Positions 8,894 to 18,952 of a stretch of DNA of 64,000 nt are shown piece after piece; the first letter of the stretch is position 1; each line of letters starts with the position of its first letter. Location of the stretch: IMG/VR virus record IMGVR_UViG_3300025913_000027, positions 1 to 64,000 of that record. The stretch is one strand, 5' to 3'. A program made the translations under genes and the position numbers. Below the pieces are notes generated by a model that ran no database searches, was not told the DNA's origin, and saw nothing but the letters and a program-made list of their open reading frames with translations. The DNA comes from a virus.

Positions 8894-10191
8894 GTGAAGT
8901 CATCCTCATCGTCTTCATCGGTCGTCATAAATTCGTTCTGGGCGTCGTCGAGCGCACTTACCGCCTCGCGCGGATCGTACATCGGTGCAATGGTCAGCAC
9001 GCCACTCGGCATGAAGGCGTACTCGCTAACCGCCTGCTTGACGAGCTTGCGCTGTTCCTTACCGACGCCGAGCTTCTCAAGTTGAGCCGGAGACTTCATC
9101 TTCGGCGCGACCCAGATATCCGCGTCATCAATCCCGATCTCATTGACGAGTTTTTCCTGTAGCGCAACAGGATCAATCAGACGGCGTTTTGCCCGACCCC
9201 GCACGAGCTTCCACTCGGGCTCGTCGAACTCGCCGACCACGTTTCCGTTCTCAAGCTCACGCTGGATATCGGCCTTGATGCTATTGCACCATGCCTCGAT
9301 AACCGGAACCCACTTCGCCTTGTGCGCCAGCTCGACCGTACTCGTCGGCGGAGGCAGCAACGCTGGCGGCTCGTCGTCAGAGAAGTCAGCGCTGGCCTCT
9401 TCGAGCAGCATCCGATCATACTCTTCGCAACGGGTTTTGGCCGCGCACCATAGGCACCAATCGCCAGCACGCAACGGGGCGTTTGGCTTCGAGGTCTCGT
9501 CGGCCGCCTCCTTCATCCTGATCTCGTAGAGCCGCAGCTCGTCAATCGTGTAGCTCTCGGAACGGATCAGGCCCTCGGCGTGCGGCGAGTGCGGCTGGGA
9601 GATCGTGACCGTGACGCCTTCGCAATCGGGATGCTCATGCGCGGCGAGCACGGCGTACTGCTTGAGCTGATCGTTGTCCTTCGCCTCGACGAGTATGTAG
9701 CCGTTCTTGTGATCGACGATGTCAAGCCAGCCATACGGCTCAACGATACGAACGTCAATCGAGCCACCGAAACGGCTGTCCAGCCACGAGCCGTCAAGGT
9801 AGACTTCGGAGTAAACCTCCGGGCTGTAGCGTGTCTCTTTGATGCGGTCGATCTCGTCAATAGTCTGTTGAACACCCTCTACCATCTTCTCGTCGGCGAT
9901 GAACATGAACCATCCGGGGCGAGCTACCTCGGGGTCAAGTGCCTGTGCGCCGGGCGGGTAGAACTCGGTCTCTTCGTCGCCGTCCGCTTTCACGAGGAAT
10001 GTCGAGCCGACGTACTCGCGCGCCTCGTGATGGTCATTGATGATCATGATCTCGATCAGCTTATGCGCCGCCGTCCCGAGCATCGCCGCGTGGTTCGTCG
10101 CCGAACTCTCGTCGCCGATCTTAGCGACCGAGCCCGGGCAGTTCATCCAGCGGTGTGAAGCCGAAGGGGATAGTCTCGCATGCGTGCCCAT
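8890..10191 (-). CDS. DUF2800 / Cas4-like PD-(D/E)xK exonuclease
   Basis: HARLSPSASHRWMNCPGS, GTAAH, GGSID...IVDHKNG, NDQLKQYA, GDWCLWCAAKTRC. Confidence 0.9.
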   Translation of the reverse strand: MGTHARLSPSASHRWMNCPGSVAKIGDESSATNHAAMLGTAAHKLIEIMIINDHHEAREYVGSTFLVKADGDEETEFYPPGAQALDPEVARPGWFMFIADEKMVEGVQQTIDEIDRIKETRYSPEVYSEVYLDGSWLDSRFGGSIDVRIVEPYGWLDIVDHKNGYILVEAKDNDQLKQYAVLAAHEHPDCEGVTVTISQPHSPHAEGLIRSESYTIDELRLYEIRMKEAADETSKPNAPLRAGDWCLWCAAKTRCEEYDRMLLEEASADFSDDEPPALLPPPTSTVELAHKAKWVPVIEAWCNSIKADIQRELENGNVVGEFDEPEWKLVRGRAKRRLIDPVALQEKLVNEIGIDDADIWVAPKMKSPAQLEKLGVGKEQRKLVKQAVSEYAFMPSGVLTIAPMYDPREAVSALDDAQNEFMTTDEDDEDDFT

Positions 10192-10264
10192 TCAATTTCC
10201 TGACGTGGTTCGGCGCGGAGCCTTCCAAGGCTTCCGCGCCAGATGTCTCCAATATCGGCAGAGC

Positions 10265-10618
10265 CTACGCCACATAGGGGAACGTGATCGGCGTGCGGCC
10301 TTTGCGGACATCCCATGCCATATCATCGTCCTTGAAGACCTGATGGCAGCGCTTGTTAATCCAAATCTGGCCACTCGTGCCGTTCGGGATTTCCCACTCG
10401 TCATCCTCGCCGGTCAGCGGCGTGAGAGGCATATGACGAGCGACCTTGTCGAAGACTTCGAGTGTGCGCTCCAAGCTCCCGCCGGAGTGACCATAGCCGA
10501 CTAGAGTTTCCACGAGCGCGGTGACGCTCACGCCGATAGCGCCGTCGTAGTCCGCATCGCTGTCGAAGAGACCGGCTGCACGTAGTTCGGCTTTGGTGTG
10601 TTGAAGCAAGCTACTCAT
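10265..10618 (-). CDS. conserved hypothetical phage protein
   Basis: GHSGGS...PLTPLTGEDDEW...NKRC...ITFPY pattern. Confidence 0.7.
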   Translation of the reverse strand: MSSLLQHTKAELRAAGLFDSDADYDGAIGVSVTALVETLVGYGHSGGSLERTLEVFDKVARHMPLTPLTGEDDEWEIPNGTSGQIWINKRCHQVFKDDDMAWDVRKGRTPITFPYVA

Positions 10619-10890
10619 TGTACCTGATCCTGTTCTTTGTACTTGGCAATCCAGTCAAGCTTGGTCGTCTCCAGTCGGCCGACCCAAGTCATGATATTTT
10701 CTGTCATGCTTGAGCGGTCCGACCATTCCTTGGGGTTGGCGTGCTGTATCAAGATGCAAACCTCGGTCACATCTCCAGCCTTCGCTTCCTCCAGCAAATC
10801 TTCGATGAGCTTGATCATGCTGTCCCTGATCTCATTGGAGACCGAGGGCGGCTTCACGGCATGAAGCTGCGTCACCTTGTCAGTAGGCAT
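10615..10890 (-). CDS. hypothetical protein
   Basis: Probable start MPTDKVTQLH; coupled to the downstream gene. Confidence 0.5.
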   Translation of the reverse strand: MPTDKVTQLHAVKPPSVSNEIRDSMIKLIEDLLEEAKAGDVTEVCILIQHANPKEWSDRSSMTENIMTWVGRLETTKLDWIAKYKEQDQVQ

Positions 10891-11119
10891 CGGCAGCCTC
10901 CAGATATCGGATATCGACAACTCGATATCCGACCTTAGCTGACATCGTATATCCCGCCGCAGCCGGTTCGATGCGGAGGCGGATTGTCTCCGAACCGTCA
11001 TCGGCAGCGACAATGGCTTCGAGGTTCCCGCTCTTTCCCATCAAGATCACGCTGTAGCCCTCGGCAGGCGTTATCTGCACGTGGTTCTTCGTCAGATGCT
11101 TCACCGTGGCGATGCTCAT
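10880..11119 (-). CDS. hypothetical protein
   Basis: 79 aa, coupled to neighbours. Confidence 0.55.
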   Translation of the reverse strand: MSIATVKHLTKNHVQITPAEGYSVILMGKSGNLEAIVAADDGSETIRLRIEPAAAGYTMSAKVGYRVVDIRYLEAADAY

Positions 11120-11505
11120 GTCGTCTCCTGCGCTTTAATCATCGCCATCCGCATTTCGTGCTGCGCGAGCTTGATCTTCTCCTTGAGACGAGCCTGCTTG
11201 GTTCCGAGGTCCTGTAGCGCCGGACCGAAGCTCTCAAACGGTTCATCGCCGATATGTGTCGCGACCGCGCGCCAGCTCCAGTTCGTTGGATCGAGCTGTT
11301 CGAGCCGGAATTTGAGATCGGTATCGTCCACGACGACCCGAAGCGCACGGGTCGGCACTGCGACCGCTACGACACGCCAGCCGGTCTCTGTCGTGTTGAT
11401 GATCTTGGCAGTCTCTTCGACGTTCACGTGCGTCTCCGATAGCTGGAGCGCCACGCAAGCAGCTCCCAAGAGCCGATGCGGATGCTTCGAACGCCATCGG
11501 CCCAC
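11116..11505 (-). CDS. hypothetical protein, start uncertain
   Basis: ORF with a coiled-coil-like C-terminus, coupled to the next gene. Confidence 0.45.
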   Translation of the reverse strand: MGRWRSKHPHRLLGAACVALQLSETHVNVEETAKIINTTETGWRVVAVAVPTRALRVVVDDTDLKFRLEQLDPTNWSWRAVATHIGDEPFESFGPALQDLGTKQARLKEKIKLAQHEMRMAMIKAQETT

Positions 11506-11595
11506 CTATACCATGTGTCCCTTGACATCATCGGAGCGGTGGTCGTGAAGCTGATGCCCCAACCGAAAATATGACAAATTGGATTGATGGTCATT

Positions 11596-11985
11596 TTAGT
11601 CGATCTCCGCGAACATCGGTCGGTCGAAGTGATGGACCTCACAGATACGATCCGCGATACGCCGGAAAGCTAGATTGTGCTCGACGCCGGGAGTATCAGT
11701 CCGGGGCTTCGTCGTGCATTGATGAAGATGAGCCATTTCGTGACCCATGATGGCGGCCAGCGTGGGGATGGTCCCAACACAGCGCGCGCTGATCCCGATC
11801 TCGTGTTCGCCCGTGCTCCACTCCTTGTGGTAGCCGGAGATATTGCGGCTCCGCGAAACCTTGAATATCACATCAGAGCTGTCCGGCATATTCCAGCCGT
11901 TGAACGGTTCGGTCTCGGAGAGCAGACGATACATGAGCCTGCACTGCTCGACCGTCAGTGTGAGTTTACGGGAGCGACGGGTCAT
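11596..11985 (-). CDS. SprT-like zinc metallopeptidase
   Basis: IMGHEMAHL (HExxH) followed by EHNLAF. Confidence 0.75.
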   Translation of the reverse strand: MTRRSRKLTLTVEQCRLMYRLLSETEPFNGWNMPDSSDVIFKVSRSRNISGYHKEWSTGEHEIGISARCVGTIPTLAAIMGHEMAHLHQCTTKPRTDTPGVEHNLAFRRIADRICEVHHFDRPMFAEID

Positions 11986-12287
11986 TCGGGGACCTCCCAT
12001 TCTACGACCATCACTCCGGAGCCTGCGAAGCGGGGGTCGCGAGATTTAGTCGCGGTCAGCTTGCGCCCTGCATCCATCAGCGGAGCGACCTCGGCAGCAA
12101 ACCCGCGCGGGAAGTGCCCGAGCTTCTGGGCGAAGATGTAGACCGCGATAGCATTCGGATCATACTGATTGTTCGGCTCACGCTCGACGCGTAGCTGCTG
12201 ACCCGGGGCGAGCTTCGCAATCCAGTTACCCGCCCCGGGGTAGAAGCTGGAGCCGACGATGCTGACCTGTCGTTTCTCCGTTGCCAT
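11982..12287 (-). CDS. HIRAN domain protein
   Basis: IVGSSFY...REPNNQYDPNAIAV...LGHFPR is the HIRAN signature. Confidence 0.9.
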   Translation of the reverse strand: MATEKRQVSIVGSSFYPGAGNWIAKLAPGQQLRVEREPNNQYDPNAIAVYIFAQKLGHFPRGFAAEVAPLMDAGRKLTATKSRDPRFAGSGVMVVEWEVPE

Positions 12288-12880
12288 CAGAACCACTCCT
12301 TGAGTGAATGGGAGACGGCCTCGGCGACTTCGTCGCGCGTAGCGGCGCGGGGAAGGGCATCAACCCAGTTCGAGCCGTAAGGCCAGAATACGCGCGCATG
12401 TTCGCCGTCTCCGTCCGCACGGGGCGTGCGCTCGTTGAGTGTTACCGATCCATCAACGAACAGTGTCTCGTGAATTTCGGAGGCCTCTTGAAAGTACATA
12501 TCGCCGGGCGAGTACAGCTCCGGCCGTTGAGCCTGCAAGGCCACGTTCATGATCGGCGACTTCTCCATGCCGCCGCCCTCGCCAGTCCGGATAGTCGTGA
12601 AGTGGTGCGTGAGCCCATCGCATACGCGATAACGCACGTTGCAGAAGAACCCGGCGACGATCACCGATTTGAAGTGCCACGGATGATCATGGATTGTTGA
12701 GACATTGGGGACGGCGAAACGACTGTTCCAGAGATTGAGCCGGAAACGTTTGGGGGCCTCGGGAGGCCCGAAGTACGTTCGCAGAAACCCGAAGCCCTGC
12801 ACGGTCCACTCATTCTTGGCAAGGGGCGCGCTCATGATGCGGGAGACAAGCGGCTTCAAGTACGTCAGATCGGTCTTCAT
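12287..12880 (-). CDS. cupin/double-stranded beta-helix-like protein
   Basis: RLNLW...IHDHPWHFKSVIVAG and a later EIHET. Confidence 0.55.
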   Translation of the reverse strand: MKTDLTYLKPLVSRIMSAPLAKNEWTVQGFGFLRTYFGPPEAPKRFRLNLWNSRFAVPNVSTIHDHPWHFKSVIVAGFFCNVRYRVCDGLTHHFTTIRTGEGGGMEKSPIMNVALQAQRPELYSPGDMYFQEASEIHETLFVDGSVTLNERTPRADGDGEHARVFWPYGSNWVDALPRAATRDEVAEAVSHSLKEWF

Positions 12881-12944
12881 GGGGATTGATCTCGAAGGTT
12901 GGGACGACGCACCATCGCGCCGTCCCGTATCCTCGCCAACGAAT

Positions 12945-13448
12945 TTACATCAAGTCGTCTTCGGGAGCGGCAGCCGGGGCTCCAGCACCTTCTCCATTCA
13001 AGAGCACCTGACAGGCCTCGGCGACCTTGTCGTAGTTTTCCGGTTTGAGGTCGGTCACCTTGGTCACGCCGCCGCCGTCATCCGAGAGGATGTCGGCCGC
13101 CGATTGCTTGCCGAGGCTCGCATTCGTGGCAACCTGACGGATCAGATCGCGGACCTGATCGATGGTGAACTTGCCGCCCGGGGCCTTGGTGCCAGCGGCG
13201 GGACCTTTCGGAGCGGCAGCAGCGGCGGCTTTCGCCTTGGCAGCCGCGTCAGCTTTGGCTTTCGCCTCCGCGTCGGCTTTTGCCTTTGCAGCGGCTTCGG
13301 CCTTCGCCTTGGCGGCAGCATCCGGGGCAGCGGTCGTGGTCGTGGTCGTGGTCTTCGGAGCGGCAACGGGAGCGGCCCCTCCCTTGATGAGCGCAGCATG
13401 AATATCGCTGAGCTTCTTCGAAATTTCTGTAAGCAGGGCGTCGGACAT
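12945..13448 (-). CDS. Ala/Lys-rich protein of the replication module
   Basis: AKAKA repeats; C-terminal helical domain (TIDQVR...VTDLKPENY); ends EDDLM. Confidence 0.7.
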   Translation of the reverse strand: MSDALLTEISKKLSDIHAALIKGGAAPVAAPKTTTTTTTAAPDAAAKAKAEAAAKAKADAEAKAKADAAAKAKAAAAAAPKGPAAGTKAPGGKFTIDQVRDLIRQVATNASLGKQSAADILSDDGGGVTKVTDLKPENYDKVAEACQVLLNGEGAGAPAAAPEDDLM

Positions 13449-13546
13449 AGGGGGCAACTCCGATGGGGACAGGGGAAAATTCGCAGTGTGGCCGTTCCTA
13501 GCCCGCTCGACGTGCAAATGTCAAGCGGGCTAAGCAGATTTTTATT

Positions 13547-13987
13547 TTAGTGCTGAAAAATCTCGCCACCATCGTACCCGTTGATCGCCTGAGCGGCCTC
13601 TTCTGACGAGACGTAGGGTGTTGCTGCTGTATAGGGCTCGCCACGCTTGGCGCGTGTCGTATCCTCGCCGAGCAGAAGACGGCGCTTAATCTCGCTGCGG
13701 ATAAACGCGGCAGCGACTACGAGATTGGCTACGTTCGAACCGTAGTCCCGAAAGCCATCCCAATCGGCGGGATAGAAGCTTTGGCCGACCTCCAGCGCAA
13801 AGTCGGCGGTCTCTCCGTCGAGCTTCGCCGAGAGGAGCATAAGCTGAGCGATGCCAGCGCCGAGCAACTGATTTTTGGTGCTGTCGGCGCGTTCGTTCGC
13901 GTCACCCCACATCTTGTCTTGTATCGCCACTTCCGTTGCGATGAGCCTGTCGGCCGCTATCCCGGCGGCCTGCTGGATTTCTTTCAT
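13547..13987 (-). CDS. hypothetical protein, possibly an all-alpha NTP pyrophosphatase-like fold
   Basis: GGAGA RBS; TEVAIQDKMWG...NLVVAAAFIRSEI. The fold assignment is weak. Confidence 0.6.
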   Translation of the reverse strand: MKEIQQAAGIAADRLIATEVAIQDKMWGDANERADSTKNQLLGAGIAQLMLLSAKLDGETADFALEVGQSFYPADWDGFRDYGSNVANLVVAAAFIRSEIKRRLLLGEDTTRAKRGEPYTAATPYVSSEEAAQAINGYDGGEIFQH

Positions 13988-14246
13988 AGGTCTCTCCTGT
14001 TAGTGCGAATAGCAGTCGCACGGCGCGATCAAGTTTAACGCTGAGCCGCTTGGCATTGATCAGCTTGATCACATCACGATGCCTAGATTGCGCGAGCGCA
14101 CGCTTCTCGGGATGCGCTGCGTGATAGTTACGCTGCCGAAGTACAGTGCGTTTGACACTACACTCCGGCGAGCATGTTTTGGAGTTACGACGGGGCGTGA
14201 ACTCTATGCCGCACGCGCAGATCATCGGCGGGTCGGCACGACCCAC
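13902..14246 (-). CDS. hypothetical zinc-ribbon protein
   Basis: CACGIEF...TCSPEC; start probably near 14225. Confidence 0.5.
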   Translation of the reverse strand: MGRADPPMICACGIEFTPRRNSKTCSPECSVKRTVLRQRNYHAAHPEKRALAQSRHRDVIKLINAKRLSVKLDRAVRLLFALTGETYERNPAGRRDSGRQAHRNGSGDTRQDVG

Positions 14247-14713
14247 TTGGGTTCATTAGGCACGGGCAGTGGCGTCGCGCAGATCGCCTCAACCCAGACA
14301 TCACCTTTCTCTGTCGTCTTGTACGCCCAGCCCGGGTACTCGGCGCGCTGCTGTTTGGTCGGACGCTCGATCAGTCCGGCCGCGAGCAGGCTTTTGACAA
14401 ACTTCGTATAGGCAGGCGATGTGCGGGACCTCTCCGGCGTGAACGGACCTACGGCGCAATGGAAGTGCATCATCATGTTGATCATCATCGGGGGAGCGCG
14501 GAAAAATGTGTGGGACATAGAAGGGGCTTTCGGTTTGAGATTACGACTGAGAATGCGGTCAACCACGGCAACGAACCGCGCGGCGGTTTTGAGCGAGGCA
14601 ATCCGTCGCGCCTCCATCCGCCGTTTGCGCTCGACCGGCGCTCCGGAATAGCTGACCCAGCAAACCGGATCAACTTCGTAGGCAAGCCGTTTGACGCGGA
14701 GCGAATAGGGCAT
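14222..14713 (-). CDS. hypothetical protein
   Basis: First gene of the leftward arm, divergent from the primase. Confidence 0.55.
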   Translation of the reverse strand: MPYSLRVKRLAYEVDPVCWVSYSGAPVERKRRMEARRIASLKTAARFVAVVDRILSRNLKPKAPSMSHTFFRAPPMMINMMMHFHCAVGPFTPERSRTSPAYTKFVKSLLAAGLIERPTKQQRAEYPGWAYKTTEKGDVWVEAICATPLPVPNEPKWVVPTRR

Positions 14714-14846
14714 CGGGGTAAAAATCCTCGGTTGGTACTATAGGCGGTATATCGAGCCGCGAAAATTGTCAAGAGGGCTCAATCCTCTTGCAATAGTTAA
14801 CATTCGGTGCTAGGAGGACCATCGCCCCCGCCTCCGAAAGGCCCTC

Positions 14847-17165
14847 ATGACCGTCCGCAAACGAACGATAGACCTTGCGCTGGCGTATCTCGACCGGCAC
14901 CTTTTTAGCCGGTATCTCTTCCCGATCAAAGCGGGCAAGAAATTTCCGCCGCTCATTCGGGACAATCTCGCTCAGGCATCGAACGACCCCGCGCAGCTCA
15001 TCGCGTGGGAGAAGCAATGGCCGGGATGCAACTGGGGTCTCGCCCACCGTAAGTCTAACGTCATGGGTGTGGACGTTGATACCAATCCAGCCAAAGGCAA
15101 GCAGGGTCAGCTCACATACGATGCACTCGACCTGATCTACGGCTGGCCCGAGACCGAGATGACCACGACGCCGTCCGGCGGCTTTCACAAAATCTATGAA
15201 GGTCTGCCCGGGCTCGATATCCCGATGGCACTCGGCGAGAACGGCATCGGCAAAGATATCGACGTGCCGAACTACACGCTGATCGCGGGCTGCACATTCG
15301 ACGACGGTACGAGCTACATCGGAAACGACCTCGACCCGGTCCCGTGTCCGCAGTGGATTTACGATACGATCCGTAACGCGAAGAGCAAAGCCCGCATAGC
15401 GGACGCGGACGAGGTCGTGGTCGAGCTTGATCAGCCCGCGAACATCGAACTCGCGATTGACTTCTTGAAGAACGACGCGGTCCCGGCAATCGAGGGACAG
15501 GGCGGCGACTTCAACACGTATAAGACCGCTGCGTACCTCAAAGACCTCGGCATCAGCGCGCAGCTCGCGCCCGAGCTGCTCAATGAATACTACAACCCAC
15601 GTTGCGAGCCGCCGTGGGATATGGATGGTTTGATCGCGAAGGTCACGAGCGCCTACACCTACACCAATCTGTCGAAGGCTGGCGGCAAGACAGCCGAGGC
15701 CGATTTCTCGGACGACCCGCCGGAGCCATTGCCTCCGCCGCCGACGCCCGCCGCACGGAAGGCCCGACAGGAAGCAGAGCGCGCCGCGAGACTGCGCGAG
15801 CGCGCACGAGTTGCAGCCGCGTCACTGCCGCCGGATCAGCGCGAACGCATCTGGACGAAACAGGAAGTTATCGACGAGTGGGTCTACATCAAGGGGCTTG
15901 AGCGGTTCGCGCTCAAGATCGATAGCAACGTCATGTGGAAGCCCGTCACCTTCGACCGGGCTTTCGCCTACATCCCCGGCAAGAAAGAGAAGAGCCTGTC
16001 GGACATCCTGCTCAAGCAGAAGAAGGGCACCGTCGCGCGGTTCGACGATGCGGTCTACCGCCCGGGCGAGCCGATGGCCATCGAGGGGCGCTACTATAAT
16101 ATGTACGTGCAGCCGACTATCACTCCGGCCGAAGGCGACCTGTCATGGTGGGACGACCATCTGGCATACCTTCTGCCGAGCGCCGAGGACCGAGCCCTCT
16201 TGCTTAACTGGATGGCATGGTTCCTCCAGAACATCGGCAAGAAGCCGAAGCACGCATTGCTGTTGCAAGGTACGGTGCAAGGCACGGGCAAGAGCTTCAT
16301 CGTCGAGATGCTCGCGAGGATCATCAATCGCCGCAACACGTCGAACATCAATCAGACCGACTTGCACGGTGACTTCAACGGCTGGGCGGCCCGGTCGAAG
16401 CTCCTGATCATCGAAGAGCTGCGCGCCGTGGACCGCAACGAGGTCGCGAACAAACTCCATCCCCTGATCACTCAGGACATCGTCAGCGTCAACGAGAAGA
16501 ACCTTCCTCGGCGTGACGTTGAAAACTGTTTCGGTATCTTCGCGATGTCGAACCACGATGCGGCGATCACGCTCGACCAAACCGACCGCCGTTACCTCGT
16601 GATCACAACTCCCGTCGAGCCCCGGTTCGGTAAAGGCACTCCGGCCTCGACCGACTACTATGAGCAGCTCTATGCACGGCTCGACAACAATGCCGACGTG
16701 GCGGCGGTCGCCTACATGCTCCAGAACCGAGACTACGGGACATACACTGGGGCAGGCGCAGCTCCCTCGACTGGCGCGAAGGAAACCATGATTGAGGCCG
16801 GGCTCAGTGACCTTGAGCACTTCATGCTCGACCGGCGCGACAGCTTCCCGCTCAACGGGCGGCTCATCTCGGTTGACGACGTAATCGAAATGCTGCCCCG
16901 CCGACTGGAGAGCAAGAGCCCCCGTCTGCATAGCACGATCAAAAGCATCTTGAAGAACCGCTTCCAAGGTGAAGAGATCGGCCAGTTCACACTTAGGGAC
17001 CGCTCTCGGCCTCGGCTGATGGTCATCAACGGGAGCGGGCTTCGCAACTTTGAAGGCTGGCAGGATCGGGTCGGAAAACAGTATGAAGACGACAAGGAGA
17101 AGGCGGGCAAAAATTTACCGCTCGACGACCTTGACGCGAGCAGCGAGTTCGGCGATACTGATTGA
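14847..17165 (+). CDS. bifunctional primase-polymerase with C-terminal SF3-type helicase
   Basis: Prim-pol N-terminus (LFPIKAGKKFP, NWGL, GVDVD, TPSGGFH); PriCT-like middle (NPRCEPPW); Walker A GTVQGTGKS; IIEEL; MSNH; DRRY. Confidence 0.92.
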   Translation: MTVRKRTIDLALAYLDRHLFSRYLFPIKAGKKFPPLIRDNLAQASNDPAQLIAWEKQWPGCNWGLAHRKSNVMGVDVDTNPAKGKQGQLTYDALDLIYGWPETEMTTTPSGGFHKIYEGLPGLDIPMALGENGIGKDIDVPNYTLIAGCTFDDGTSYIGNDLDPVPCPQWIYDTIRNAKSKARIADADEVVVELDQPANIELAIDFLKNDAVPAIEGQGGDFNTYKTAAYLKDLGISAQLAPELLNEYYNPRCEPPWDMDGLIAKVTSAYTYTNLSKAGGKTAEADFSDDPPEPLPPPPTPAARKARQEAERAARLRERARVAAASLPPDQRERIWTKQEVIDEWVYIKGLERFALKIDSNVMWKPVTFDRAFAYIPGKKEKSLSDILLKQKKGTVARFDDAVYRPGEPMAIEGRYYNMYVQPTITPAEGDLSWWDDHLAYLLPSAEDRALLLNWMAWFLQNIGKKPKHALLLQGTVQGTGKSFIVEMLARIINRRNTSNINQTDLHGDFNGWAARSKLLIIEELRAVDRNEVANKLHPLITQDIVSVNEKNLPRRDVENCFGIFAMSNHDAAITLDQTDRRYLVITTPVEPRFGKGTPASTDYYEQLYARLDNNADVAAVAYMLQNRDYGTYTGAGAAPSTGAKETMIEAGLSDLEHFMLDRRDSFPLNGRLISVDDVIEMLPRRLESKSPRLHSTIKSILKNRFQGEEIGQFTLRDRSRPRLMVINGSGLRNFEGWQDRVGKQYEDDKEKAGKNLPLDDLDASSEFGDTD

Positions 17166-17367
17166 GTGCAGTGGCCGGAAGTGGTAACCCCCGAAGTGTT
17201 CTAGGCGCGGACAGGGGAACAGCCGGTGCCCCGCTAACCCCGAGGGCAAGACGTGCCATACCTGAGACGCGAGTGCCGGGCTATCGCGAGCCCGCTGTAA
17301 AACGCGCAGTGACGCATTCATCGGGGGTCGAACCAACGTTGCGGACTTACACAACCGCCTGCATAGC

Positions 17368-17397
17368 AAAAGGCCCCGGATCACTCCGGGGCCTTTT
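17368..17397. terminator. bidirectional intrinsic terminator
   Basis: AAAAGGCCCCGGA-TCAC-TCCGGGGCCTTTT between convergent genes. Confidence 0.85.
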
Positions 17398-17416
17398 CGT
17401 TTGGCTAGAAGTCTGT

Positions 17417-17791
17417 TCAGGCCCGCCGGACCGCGCCCTTCCATGCGTCGAGGGAAACGACTGGCCCTGAGATCGCGCCGATGGCTCGGATAGCATTCTC
17501 GTCGAGCTGCGCTTGCTTGCACCACGCCGCGATCTCTTCCGTGTTTCCGTTCGCGACGCGCGAGAGGATGGCCCGGTGCTTGAGACGTTTGCATGCGGTC
17601 AATCTGTTGATGCCGAAGACTAGATTGATCCCCATGCCCGGAGACGGACGACATAGAACAATGGGCTGGAGCACGCCTACAACTGGGATGCTTATCATCA
17701 ACTGTCGAACGATCTCTTCGTCCGGCTTTCGATCCTTGCTGACCTTGATACGGTCTATGACAATCTGCTCGGACGTGAGAGTGACGGTCAT
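17417..17791 (-). CDS. ParB/Srx-like domain protein
   Basis: SIPVVGVLQPIVL...LVFGINRLTACKRL. Confidence 0.7.
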   Translation of the reverse strand: MTVTLTSEQIVIDRIKVSKDRKPDEEIVRQLMISIPVVGVLQPIVLCRPSPGMGINLVFGINRLTACKRLKHRAILSRVANGNTEEIAAWCKQAQLDENAIRAIGAISGPVVSLDAWKGAVRRA

Positions 17792-17878
17792 GTCCTTGCC
17801 CCTTTCGGTTGTGTACGTTCGGCGACACAATGAGAGGGACCCATCCCCCTGTCAAGAGGGATGGGGGAAACTTTTCCA

Positions 17879-18796
17879 CTACCCGGCGATCTTGGGAAAC
17901 GGCCGGATATTGGTCCACTCGAAGTCCTTGACAGACCCCTTCTTGTTGCGTACCACGAAATTCCACGCGATGACCCAGACCGCCGCGCGCATCGTATCGT
18001 GAATACGAACGAGCGGATTGTCCTTCATGATCTTCGCGAAGGTTCGGTTAGCCTTGGAGATCGGGTTCATCCGACCCGGATGCGTGCCGCTCGACCATGC
18101 ATCGAAGAACTCGTCAGCAAGCTTCCGGTTCTTCTGGGCGAACAGGTAGTAGAGCGCCGAGGCAAGGGACCGAGGCGTGTTAGTCGCCTTCTGCACGAGC
18201 AAGCCCTTCTCCATTGCGAGCGAGAGCAACTCGTGATCGTAACCCTTGTTGAAGTAAGCGTCCCTGATCTCCGCACGCGTGAACGTCGTGCGCTCCTTGA
18301 CTTGGTCGAGGCGGAACAGCTCCAGCCACCGCATCACGTGCGCGAGTAGCTGAGGGTTGTCCATTCCGTCCACGAAGAAGTCGTCACCGATGGAGCGCTG
18401 GCGTCCCTTATCGAGCCATGGGAAGACAGCGTCATCGATCCCGAACACGACATGCGTGAGGAACGACTTGCGCGCCCGGACGCAAGCATAGAGCCGGTTC
18501 TGACCGTCTCCAAGCAGGCCGCCTTTGGTGAACTTGATCGTGTCACCTGTTAGGTGCCACTGTCCGTTGACCATGTCGTCTGCATACTCTTTGATCTTGC
18601 TGGGCTTGCGCCCCCGATTGTGCGAGTTGAGACCGGAGGTATCCGTGCCGACGCCGAGGATCGTAGCGGCAGCCTTCGGAGTGATAGAGATCACGCGCGA
18701 TGTCTCGGGCGGGTTCTTGATCCATTCCGTGATCTGATCCATGAGGTCCGTCGAGGACCGAGTGATCAGGGTAGCGACGTTTGACGAGGTTGACAT
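17879..18796 (-). CDS. ParB-like (DGQxR) domain protein
   Basis: HNRG...YADDMVNGQW...IKF...LGDGQNRLYA...LDKGRQRS; AAGGA RBS before ATG 18796. Confidence 0.75.
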   Translation of the reverse strand: MSTSSNVATLITRSSTDLMDQITEWIKNPPETSRVISITPKAAATILGVGTDTSGLNSHNRGRKPSKIKEYADDMVNGQWHLTGDTIKFTKGGLLGDGQNRLYACVRARKSFLTHVVFGIDDAVFPWLDKGRQRSIGDDFFVDGMDNPQLLAHVMRWLELFRLDQVKERTTFTRAEIRDAYFNKGYDHELLSLAMEKGLLVQKATNTPRSLASALYYLFAQKNRKLADEFFDAWSSGTHPGRMNPISKANRTFAKIMKDNPLVRIHDTMRAAVWVIAWNFVVRNKKGSVKDFEWTNIRPFPKIAG

Positions 18797-18952
18797 TGTA
18801 TCCGTCCTTTCCAACCCCCTTGTAGCATTTGCGGCCTTTTCATTGAGGGGCCGACGATCTCCCATGAGACCGTGCTCTAAACTTAGGCATACCCCGCGCC
18901 GCGTGTCAACATGGCACATCGCGCAATGGTTAACGTCCCAGTCCGGAACCCC

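Noticed and set aside
8890-10191. Cas4-like gene as evidence of a CRISPR-Cas system
   Set aside because: It is the stand-alone DUF2800-type nuclease of the Pol A/SSB replication module; there is no array or other cas gene.
17162-17470. ORF after the primase, and the 17115-17966 minus-strand ORF
   Set aside because: Both cross the bidirectional terminator and lack recognisable motifs.
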